This document shows, piece by piece, positions 12,764 through 23,936 of a stretch of 64,000 nucleotides of DNA. Position numbers and translations under genes: made by a program. The notes beneath the pieces are model-generated. The model saw only the letters and a program-made list of their open reading frames with translations, was not told where the DNA came from and did no database searches. Source of the stretch: Adineta vaga (lineage: Eukaryota; Animalia; Rotifera); NCBI GenBank assembly GCA_021613535.1, contig CP075494.1, positions 6,076,001 through 6,140,000 of the forward strand, read 5' to 3'. Each line of letters begins with the position of its first letter. Position 1 is the stretch's first letter.

Positions 12764-12813
12764 TCACGTGTAGGTGGCCATGCATCGTTTTCTAGTGTCT
12801 TTCGTTGACGTCA
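12764..12813. promoter_or_regulatory. E-box (TCACGTG) and CRE (TGACGTCA) in the divergent RPL26/NIM1K promoter
   Basis: Perfect motifs at 12764-12770 and 12806-12813, plus TGACGT at ~12849, between head-to-head genes. Confidence 0.4.
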
Positions 12814-13165
12814 CGAAACATTAAGTACATATTTTACTTCTTTTTCTTTGACGTCTTTTCACTTTCGACGAATGCCAAACAAAAATTTTGTTTCTACATA
12901 GTCGGCATTTCTTTCGTATATAGTTTTTAACTAAACTTCATTTCTATTTTTCTTCGAGAAACGGTACGTATTTACAGTCTATGTTAAATAACATCTGGCG
13001 TCGCATAAATAATCTTTTCTAAGAAAATTATACTCATTTTTTCTTCTTCTCTTGACAGATGTAAGTAGAAAAAAAACTTGTCAAAATGTCATCCAAAAAT
13101 CTTCGAGGAGAATTTATTTATTAAATATCAAGTGTTCCATCATAGTTTTTTGAATTAATAGTAAA

Positions 13166-14695
13166 ATGAACGGTGATTTATCTCGAACCGGTGTTAATGT
13201 TACATTTGCGAAAGATGAAAAAAATTCTTTAACTTCATATGGAAAGCTTGTGTACGATGCACAAAATGATCCTCGATTTAAAGGAGAAGAAAAAGCTGGT
13301 CGACGTATTGGATTTTATCGTGTTATAAAAGATATTGGTTTAGGCAACTTTTCCAGAGTGAAACTTGCTTTGCATTTACTTGCCAAAGGTAAAAATAATT
13401 CATCACATTCGAAACGAATGTCTATTTCGATTAAAATCTTTTGTATTCTTGTAGAAAAAGTGGCAATTAAGATACTTGATAAAACCAAATTAGATGCCAG
13501 TACTCAACGTTTACTTACACGTGAGATAACATCGACTGACAAGCTACATCATCCAAATATAATCCGTCTTTATGAAGTTATTGAAACTCCAAAAGAAATA
13601 TATATTGTTACTGAATATGCAGCTAATGGTGATCTTTATACACATATAACTGATAAAGGAAAAATGTCCGAGAATGAAGCTAAAGTTATTTTTGCTCAAA
13701 TAATTGCTGCTGTCGAACATATGGTAAGAAAATTCTTGACTTCAATAGATGAAATAATCATTATTCGTTTCGTTTCTTTTAGCATAGTAAAGGTATTGTT
13801 CATCGTGATATAAAAAGTGAAAATGTTTTCTTTGCTAAAGAACATTTGATAAAACTCGGTGATCTTGGTTTTAGTACTTATACGGAAAAGACTCAAATGC
13901 TAACTACATTTTGTGGCAGTCCACCTTATGCAGCACCCGAACTATATCGAGACGAAAGTTATTTAGGAATGTATGTTGATATTTGGGCCTTAGGTGTTAC
14001 ACTTTATTTTATGGTTACAGCTTTAATGCCATTTCGAGGAGAAAATCTTACGAAATTAAAAAATTCAATTATCGATGGTAATTATTCTATTCCAGCATAT
14101 GTTTCAAAACCGTGTCAAGATCTCATTCGTAAGTATTTTGGGGAAAAAAATAGCACTCCGAAGAATTGAATCTTTCAATTTAGATGGACTTCTTTGCTAT
14201 GAAAAACTTGAACGTTGGTCAATGGAACAAATTCGTTCATGTGCATGGTTGACTAAACAAAATTTTCCCAAAGAATACGAACCATTTGAATTAAATTTAA
14301 GTTATGATTGGATTGCATTAAGTAAAACTAAAACACTTTCAGCAATTTCACCTCGAACATCATTTGAATACGAAGTACATTTACGATTAGAAGAATTAGG
14401 TATCACATCTGATATAGTGAAGTCAAGAAAAAATCCTGATTCTGATGAGAAATATCTTTCTACTCGTGATAATATCAATGGTACTTATAGAATTATCTTA
14501 CATCGATTACAAAAACAATCAACTCCGTTAGAACGTGATGATTTGTATGGTGATGGAACATTTGATGACTCAACTATCCCAAGAGGTCGATCAATGTCTG
14601 TAAATATCGAAAATAGAGAACGAAAGACTAAACAAAATTTGAATAACTCATTTCATGCTCACCCACAAAGAGCAAAAGTATGTATTATTTTATGA
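13166..14695 (+). CDS. NIM1K: NIM1-like serine/threonine kinase (AMPK-related)
   Basis: GRRIGFYR..IGLGNFSRVK, KVAIKILDKTKLD..TQRLL, HRDIKSEN, DLGFS, TFCGSPPYAAPELYRDESY; C-terminal CaaX-like CIIL. Confidence 0.9.
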
Positions 14696-15035
14696 ATTTA
14701 TCATTTTTCTTATTTGTATGAAAGTCTTTCATTTGAATGAAATAGATAAATGACCAAAATTGATTACATACGATTTCTTTATTAGATAATATCCAATTTC
14801 TAGATGATGTTAATAAAATCATTTCAGTTGATTTAACCGCTAATTGTCGATAAAGAAGTTTATACATAGGATACAATCAATACACACACACACGTACATA
14901 TGTTTGACTAGAGTGATATAGATAGGAAAAAGGAAACAAGAGAACGGTTTCATTAAGTTTTCATACAATATCGAGAAAAAAAACAAAGACATATTTTACA
15001 TAATCTAATCGTAGGTTTCGTTTGTGTTTTTTATG

Positions 15036-16973
15036 TTAATAATTTTGCATATGCATTATTTCATATTCTTTATTTTCTGAACGTGATGAACCAACTGTAC
15101 AGCAAATACAACATGATAATAATAAACCAATAAATGTCGCTAATGCTGCACCACATGCTAACCAAAAGCTTAAACCGAAAAATTCGATCGATTGTAATGA
15201 AGGATTTCTTTGATAGATCATAATATTGAATGGTCCATTATTTTCATAATCAACTAAGTTTTGTTTCTTCCAAAACCACATACCAACGAAAGCTTTCAAT
15301 GCTAAACAAATTGATATCCATGCTAATAATATCCAGAAACCATAGAAAAAAAATGGAGCACTGATACATTTTCGACGACAACAAGCAAAGAAGAATAATG
15401 ATATAATTGCAAAGAAGAGAAAGATTAAACCAATTACAACACCATAAAAAGTAATTAATTGAAGATAATACATAAGATTAAGATATGAAAGACGTTGACT
15501 TGGATTCGGATACGAATCTAATGAAGATGAATCCATTGTTGGTGGAGAATAATTGAATGGATTGAAACGTTTTTCATGACATAGATAATTCAAACGAAAC
15601 ATATCTCCTTGTGCATTCGTTGTACTCGAGTAATCAGTACAATTTAATTCATCACGTAAATCGGAACAATGAACAATACCATCACAACGGTATTTCGGCA
15701 AGAAACCTATTTCAAACAAAACAGAAACAATTTCATTCGTTGTCGAAGTTTATTATCTTATTTCGTAATCACTTTACAACTGATTGAGATGAAAGATTGA
15801 CCTTTAAATGCATGAAATATTCTTTGTCTATAAATGATACATATCCGAATATGATATCTGTCGACTATTTTAAAGGGCATTATAGTCGATGTAATACTAC
15901 TATTAATAACGATTGCTTGCTTTTCTAATAGTTTAGTTAGACTAGTCTATTTGACAGAATGTTTATTATTAAATCTGGTTAATGTATCTCATTAATTTTC
16001 GATTCTGTTTAGCAACAATAAAAACAGAGGAAATGCCAATGTTTAAACTCAATTATGTAAAACTTTCGTGCTTACATTTTTTATCACAGAGAAATACAGT
16101 GAGATCTCCGTTACATTGTTGACAATTTTCTTCATCGGAATTATCTTCACAATCAACAATTCCATCGCATCTAAAGTTCAGAAAAAGAAACAATCATTTT
16201 TTTTCTTCAAATTTAACAATTAGCATACCGATAGGAATTTTCTCGTCGTGCACATTTATTTTCTCGAGGACAATAAACATGTCTATTTGATGCACATTTT
16301 TCTTCATTACAATATTGTTCATCAGAATCATCATTACAATTCGAAACACCATCTAAGAAATGAAACTAAAGAAATATTCTTTGTTAAAAATTTACATACC
16401 ACATGTTTGTTCCTGTTGTCGATAACAAGTTTTTCCATCAGAACATTTCGTATAACCCGTTCGACAAGCAGCATTTTGTACAGTCCTCTCGCATGACGAT
16501 TCATCACTTTTATCTTCACAATCGATTATGCCATCACATTGTTGTCCTACATTAAAACAACGTGTTAATGGACGTGATATTGCTACACCTTTTCGACATG
16601 GAAGTTGATTATTCGAACAAGTTTCATTTGCTAATTTTAATTGCTCTTCACGAGAAACGCCTTCACGAAAATCATACGAATTGGAAACGAGTACCATCGT
16701 TTTTTCATATTTCGTACATTCAGTTAATAGATCACGTGAAATTATTCGAGGAATTAACGTTGAATAGACACGAGCATCGTTCGTAGCATTTAATGAATTT
16801 TCTTTCGGAATATACTAAAATTGACAAAGAGTAAGAAGGTAGTCGAGATGATGTTTTAATTTTACTTTGTTCAATGTAATCATCCACGAATGTGTACTAA
16901 ATGCAACTCCAAGTAAAACAATAGCAATTAATGCCGGAGTAACAAGAAGAAATAATCGTGTACAATTATTCAT
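15036..16973 (-). CDS. Four-TM claudin/PMP22-like protein with four LDL-receptor class A repeats in the first extracellular loop
   Basis: TM1 [24 protein letters not shown]. LDLa cores [64 protein letters not shown]. Three C-terminal TMs, the last starting FGLSFWLA. Confidence 0.8.
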
Positions 16974-17652
16974 TTGAAATCTAAAATAGATAAGTGAATT
17001 GTTTACGAATTCGTTTCGTTACTTTTGAAAGAAAAGAACGTGTTCGAATTGCCGGCATGTAATATACATTATGAACTGATTTTCTTTAACAGAAGACGAG
17101 CAAGCAGAGAATATATTTATTTTCACTGTACTTGTATACATGACTAAATCATCGAAGAAAATACGACTGATATGAATCAAATATTTGACCTGATTCGAAC
17201 GATGATTCTTTTATCATATAGTATCGACTGAAACAATTCTTTTATCTTCTCATTAGTTTTTCTAATCAGTCTCTAAAGAAGAAGAAACATATAGGCGTAC
17301 TACATTCTCTCATCTAGCAAATAATATTTCTGAAGAGAAAAAAAAAGATCGAGACTTCAATACTTCGTCTTTCTATCTCTCATTTCTCTAGAGAATCAAA
17401 TGATATAATATATGCATGTCATAGTCACTCTCATCTTTCTTCTTTTTTTTCGTTCTAATTTAGTTAAATAAACCTCTCATTGTAGACTAGATCACCGCAG
17501 GCGATGAAGTCTGTTTGATAATAACATTGATTCGACAGATCTAGATGTTATTTGCTTCTATGTTGGACAAATACAAATAACTTACATCAATCACAATATA
17601 TGTATCTAGAAGTACAGTGTCAATTCATTAACAAAGGAAACTCTTTTTTTAC

Positions 17653-17675
17653 TTCTTCTTCTTCTTCTTCTTCTT
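17653..17675. repeat. (CTT)n microsatellite
   Basis: cttcttcttcttcttcttcttct. Confidence 0.8.
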
Positions 17676-17755
17676 CTATGATCATCTACTAGTAATCAGA
17701 TGTGTTAGAACGAGTACAAATAGTATTTTATCTCCCTTTGCTTTATTAGAGAGGG

Positions 17756-17758
<3 letters not shown>

Positions 17759-17787
<29 letters not shown>
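17759..17787. repeat. (GT)n microsatellite
   Basis: About 14 GT units. Confidence 0.9.
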
Positions 17788-17791
<4 letters not shown>

Positions 17792-19000
17792 GCTAGATGA
17801 ACAAGAAGAGAAGAAATAAGGATAATTCCATCACACATCATATTGATGACCTCGATTTGAACTTGTAAGAGACGGGGGAGAAATGAAAGGGAGGGAGAGA
17901 GAGTGAGAGAAGCGAAAGATTGATGTCTGATGTGCTGTATTTGATTAGACATACATCGACCAAATAAAGACTTCTGTTCATCATTGTACACAATAGATGA
18001 ACAAACGAGAACATAATGAATCAATAGAAAAACGAATTTTCAACATCAATATTTTTCTGATCATAGATGATGATTGTCAGATTATCATTTAATAGTAGTC
18101 TATCGTTAATTATGATTGATGAAATAATAAAATTGTATTTCAAACCATATGCTAAATTGTTGTATATAGATGTTCAAAATATAACATTGGTTCACTTCTT
18201 CAATTAGTAATAATTCGATAAAAGGAAAATCTGCAAATGGATTTACAAAATTTCCGTTCCTATTCGAACTTTTCACATTTCATTGCCTAATTCATCAATA
18301 ATATTTGACATTATTTCATACAGATGTCAATTTATCTAATCACTCGATTAGGAAACAACGTTATGTCATTGAACAAAATGATAATATTTTCATATAGGAA
18401 GAGAAAGCCATCATTTTTAATGAGAGGATCTTGAAATAATTTTATTGTTGTTTTTTTGTTTTCGATGGCACAAATTCGGTTCTTTTTGTTTTATATCTCA
18501 TTCTGTGTCAAACACTCTTCTCTTATATCGAACATAAAAAAAACAACCAAACAACAACGTACATATACAATAAAGTAGCAAGAAACTAATACAGAGAGAG
18601 AGAGAGAAAGAGAGGCTATCAAGAAAATGTTTCGTGTCTTAGACATAAAAAAGAAAAAAAGGAAATTTTTTGTTTGTTTGGCAAAGGATGAGATCGTAAA
18701 AAACAATTACAACATAAATCAATTCTCAAAAACTACGCAAAATGTCGAAATATCAGCCATAAAACAAAGCATGAAAAAGAAGAAGAAGAAGAAAACATCA
18801 ACACAAGACAACGGAGAAAAATGAAATAATAAAAACAAAAAAAATTCTTGTTTGTTTTGATGCTTCGACGGTGCAAAATGGTATTTTGGACACCGGAACA
18901 ATGAGAAACATACACAGAAAAAGAAAAGAACTGTACAACATCGACTATAGGATATTTAAATTTTGCTTCTTGTTTTCGTTTGGTTTTTGTGAAATTCGTT

Positions 19001-20600
19001 TTAAGATTTGACATTAGCAGAAGCAGTGCCATTATTTTCTTGTTGTTTTTCACCAGCATTCTCTCCACTCATTTGATATTCAGCGACATAAAGTGATGGA
19101 TCAATTTGTTTAGGAATTGGTTGAATTTCAGTACCTAATTCTTGTTCAATTTTATGTAATGAGAAACGATCTTCATATGTAATTAAACTAATAGCAATAC
19201 CGTAATGACCAAAACGACCTGAACGGCCAATACGATGTCTAATGAAAGAAGGAAAAAAAATCGAAAAACTCGATTTAGAAATTATTTTAAAATTCAACAT
19301 ACAGATATGTTTCACTCAATTTTGGAAAATCGAAATTAATTACAACATTCACAGCTTGTATATCAATACCACGTGTAAACAAATCCGAACAAACAAGATT
19401 ACGACAAAGACCAGTACGGAAATCATGAAAGACACGATTACGATGATCTTGTCGCATCTTTGAATGAATATAATAACAAGAATAACCAAGATCAGTTATT
19501 TTTTTTGCTAAAAGTTCGACACGTTGTGTTGAATTACAGAAAATAATCGATTGATTGATTTGTAACTAGAAAATAAAGAAAGAAACATTCGTTTATAAAA
19601 GATATAAGTATTCATCTCAATTCCAATTACTTTTGAGAACAATGTATTTAAACAATGGACCTTTTGACGTTCTTGAACGAATGCATAGTATTGTGTAATA
19701 CCTTTAAGTGTAAGTTCTTCCATTAAATTGATTTCATATGGATTACGCATATGTTTTTTAATAAAATCATCGACCGTCAATGGAAATGTTGCTGAATATA
19801 ACATAATTTGTCGATCTTGTGGTAAATGATAAATTAAATCGTCCAATAAATGATTAAAATCTTGTGAAAGTAATTTATCAGCTTCATCCAAAACAATGAC
19901 ACGACATGAATCGAGTTTAGCTAAATCTTTATTGACTAAATCTAATAGGCGACCAGGTGTTGCAATAATAATATGAACAACTTCTTGCAAACGTGAGATA
20001 TCTTCACGTAATGATGTACCACCAGTTGTTACCATAACACGTAAATGAAGATGTTTGGAAACTTCCATACAGATCGCACTTGTTTGTAAAGCTAATTCAC
20101 GTGTTGGCACGAGAATAACTGCTTGAATTACATTTTTCTCCGGATCAATACGTTCAATAACAGGAATGGTATAGGCACCTGTTTTGCCTGTACCATTTTT
20201 TGCACGAGCAAGAACATCACGACCGGTTAGGGCAATAGGGATTGAATGTTCTTGGATAGGAGATGGTTTTTCCCAACCTTTTTCATAGATACCTACAAAG
20301 AAAAGTTTATAGGAATTCAGATAATGTTAAGATTTCGTCTTGTAGATATTTACCCATTAATAATTCACGTTTGAGACAATAATCTTCGAAATCATGACCA
20401 CTTGTATTAGTTACATCAGATGTTCTGGCCCGATTATCTTTTTCTGGAATGTTCAATTTTGATTTCCAATCCGGATCATCTTTATTAATAGTTGTTGTCG
20501 TATTTCCATTATTTATTTTTGTTTTATCATTACCAGTGTTATTGGGTGATGACAATGGTAAAGATGGTGATGCTTTACCTCCAGTTGTTGAATCAATCAT
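19001..20600 (-). CDS. DDX6: DEAD-box RNA helicase DDX6/Me31B, copy A (4 coding exons)
   Basis: [58 protein letters not shown]. Confidence 0.95.
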
Positions 20601-20947
20601 AATTAAGTAATAAAAACAAAATGTTTATATGTACAAATATATCAATAAATGCTTAATTTAATTGAAGATCTAAAGTAGAAGAAAACGTTTTTGCTTATTT
20701 TCATACGGGTTTTTTTTCTCTATAAAATCAAAGAAAAACGTTTGTCATGCAAGAACAATCGCGATCAAAAAAAGAAAGAGGAGAAAAAGAAAAGAAAAAG
20801 TAATAATGAAAAGAAAATGTAGAATAAAATTGTGCACACACATCATAGATCTGATCTTCGAATATCATTGAAGTTTCCTTTTGACTAGTAAAACACACAT
20901 ACAAAGCGACGAAAGAAGAAAAAAGAAAGAAAACATCTGACTGTTCA

Positions 20948-22471
20948 TTATTGTTGGTGTTCATCGGATGATTGCTCAATTGATGGTACTTTAGCAACAT
21001 AAAGATTTTCATCAATATGACGTGGAATAGGAAGAATTTCAGTGCCCAATTCTTGTTCAATTTTGTGCACAGCAAATCGATCTTCATGGGTAATTAAACT
21101 AATAGAAATACCGAGATGACCGAAACGGCCTGAACGACCAATACGATGACTAGTAGAAAGAAAAAAAAGAAAAGATTTATTTCGATTGAGTTTACGTTTG
21201 AAAATTCTCTTACAGATAAGTTTCACTGAAACGAGGAAAATCAAAATTGATTACAACATTGACGGCTTGTATATCAATACCACGTGTAAACAAATCCGAA
21301 CAAACAAGATTACGACAAAGACCAGTACGGAAATCATGAAAGACACGATTACGATGTTCTTGTCGCATCTTTGAGTGGATATAATAACAATTATAACCAA
21401 GATCAGTTATTTTTTTTGCTAAAAGTTCGACACGTTGTGTTGAATTACAGAAAATAATCGATTGATTGATTTGTAACTAGAAATCAAAATAGAAAGAAAA
21501 TGAATAATTAAAAAATCAAGATGATAATTTACTTTGGAAAAGAGTGTATTTAAACAATGGATCTTTTGACGTTCTTGTACGAATGCATAGTATTGTGTAA
21601 TACCTTTGAGTGTTAATTCATCCATAAGATTGATTTCATAAGCTTGTTTCATATGTTTACGAATGAAGTCATCGACCGTTAATGGAAAGGTTGCTGAAAA
21701 AAGCATGACTTGTCGATCCGATGGCATAGCATATAAAAGTTCATCAAGTAAATGATTGAAATCTTGTGAAAGTAATTTATCAGCTTCATCCAAAACAATG
21801 ACACGGCATGCATCAACTTTAGCTAAATTTTTATTTACTAAATCTAACAAACGACCAGGTGTTGCAATAACAATGTGGACAACTTCTTGCAAACGTGAAA
21901 TATCTTCACGTAATGATGTACCACCAGTTGTTACCATAACACGTAATTGAATGTGTTTAGAAAGTTCCATGCAAATAGCACTTGTTTGTAAAGCTAATTC
22001 ACGTGTTGGCACGAGAATAACTGCTTGAATTGCATTTTTGCTTGGATCAATACGTTCAATGATTGGAATTGTGTAAGCACCAGTTTTACCAGTACCATTT
22101 TTTGCACGAGCAAGAACATCACGTCCAGTTAAAGCAATAGGAATCGATTGTTCCTGAACTGGTGATGGTTTTTCCCAACCTTTTTCATAGATACCTACAA
22201 CGAAAAGTACATATTTAAGAAAAAAGATTAAGAAAATTGTCGCTAGATGTTTACCCATTAATAATTCACGTTTGAGACAATAATCTTCAAAATTATGTCC
22301 TTTAGTAGCGGTCACATCGGCTGTTTTTGGTCGATTATCTTTAGGTGGTAATTTCAATTTTTCTTTCCAATTTGGATCATCAAGAAGTGCTTTGGTATTA
22401 GCTGTACTAGCATTTGTATCAATAATTGCTGTTGATGTCGTTGTTACAGTAAATTCTTCACTGTTGGTCAT
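20948..22471 (-). CDS. DDX6: DEAD-box RNA helicase DDX6/Me31B, copy B (4 coding exons)
   Basis: Same motifs and the same three intron positions as copy A; distinct N- and C-terminal tails. Confidence 0.95.
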
Positions 22472-23375
22472 TCTTTAATGTTTTACACTATTAGATAGAA
22501 AAATACAAAGTAAATGAAATCAGATTCGGAATGTGAATGTTTATGAAGAATTCTAGTCGGACGAAAAACAAGAAAGAAAATACACTTGAATAGTCCACCG
22601 AGGCGTATAAGGAGATATAAGTGTATATATCGAGAGATTTACGGGGGTATTTTCTTCCAGCTCCTACAGCTGTTTACATTCGTAGGCGAATGTAAAACAG
22701 ACAGCGAGAGAGAGAGAGAGATGATGATGATGAACGAATGGACGAGAAAATTACCCTAGATAGTCTTTTTCTTCTCCTTTATTCTACGATAAACTTTATT
22801 CATGTGAATGTCTATAGTCATTAGGATAAAAAATAAATCAAGAGGAAAATTCGTGAAGATAAGAAAAAAACAAGAAAAATAAAAAATCAGCTTTTTGTCT
22901 TTGTTGAAAAATGAAAAGATTTTTTCCAAATAGTTGATCAATGCATTTCAACATACTTATGCACTTTGATCAAAGTGAATAGAAGAAAAAAATTGTTGCT
23001 ATAGATATTGCAGAACTAATGGCAAAGACACATTATTTCATTTATATTTGTACAAATAAACAAAATTTGAATATTAGTTTATACATCTCGAGAATTTCAT
23101 CGTTGATAGGTATCTATTTGAATTGAATTTTTCTTTTTTTGTTATTAGAATAGAATGTGTACATGTTGTCAGAAAATAAGTATATACGCTGTAGAATGAG
23201 AATGCATCTATAGAGATATAGTTTTATGGAAATAAACCAGTCTCCATTTCATCTCATGAGTTGTTTTAGGTAAAGTATGTTTTATTGATGATAAAATTTT
23301 AAAATACAACAGATAAATAACTGATCTATTATTTGCCTGATATATGTAAACCATATAGTTAATCTGTACCGATTA

Positions 23376-23726
23376 TCAATGAATATTAGCACATTGACTT
23401 TTTAGATGATCAATATTATGATCATCTAAATCTTTCTTTGTTTCTCGTCCGTTTTCCGTATTTAAATTTAGTGAAGAATAAAAACTTTCATAACATGCTA
23501 GAGCACGTCTAAATCGTTCACAGTCCGTTCTAAGAGAATTTTGCGGATTATGATCAGCATTTTCATAATTCAAACCACGAAGAAAAGCATCGCATTGTGG
23601 TGTTGCCTGTGGCCAACGAAATAGATCATATTCAAAAGCTGTTACAGGAATTGAAATATCACTTATTGCATTTACTGTAATCCATATAGAAAAGATAATC
23701 AAACTAGTAGTCCCAATCGATTTCAT
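23376..23726 (-). CDS. Small secreted four-Cys protein of unknown function (116 aa)
   Basis: ATG directly after a tttag acceptor; signal peptide MKSIGTTSLIIFSIWITVNA; 4 Cys; single coding exon. Confidence 0.6.
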   Translation of the reverse strand: MKSIGTTSLIIFSIWITVNAISDISIPVTAFEYDLFRWPQATPQCDAFLRGLNYENADHNPQNSLRTDCERFRRALACYESFYSSLNLNTENGRETKKDLDDHNIDHLKSQCANIH

Positions 23727-23936
23727 CCTAAATAAACAAGACTTTATTGTTGTTCGTATGAAAGAAAGCATACTAGATTTTACTCGCTTAATCGTTAATA
23801 TTTCAGTTTATGATGTTCCTTTTTGTTTTGCACTCATCAATATATATTATCATTGTGGTATCAACTGTTTTTAATATTTTTCTTTTTCTTTCAGATCAAA
23901 ATTGTTCTATAAGTGCGAGTTAATCGAAAAAAGACC

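Noticed and set aside
13389-13453. Stop-free introns read through in the ORF track (NIM1K; also DDX6 copy B and the STEAP-like gene)
   Set aside because: They have GT-AG ends and interrupt conserved domains; a fraction of short introns will be stop-free by chance.
17486-17546. Imperfect hairpin with ATGA, superficially SECIS-like
   Set aside because: No correctly placed 3' GA quartet and no upstream plus-strand gene with an in-frame TGA.
18430-19000. Several 60-110 aa ORFs in the track
   Set aside because: Low-complexity U-rich sequence best explained as the DDX6 copy A 3'UTR.
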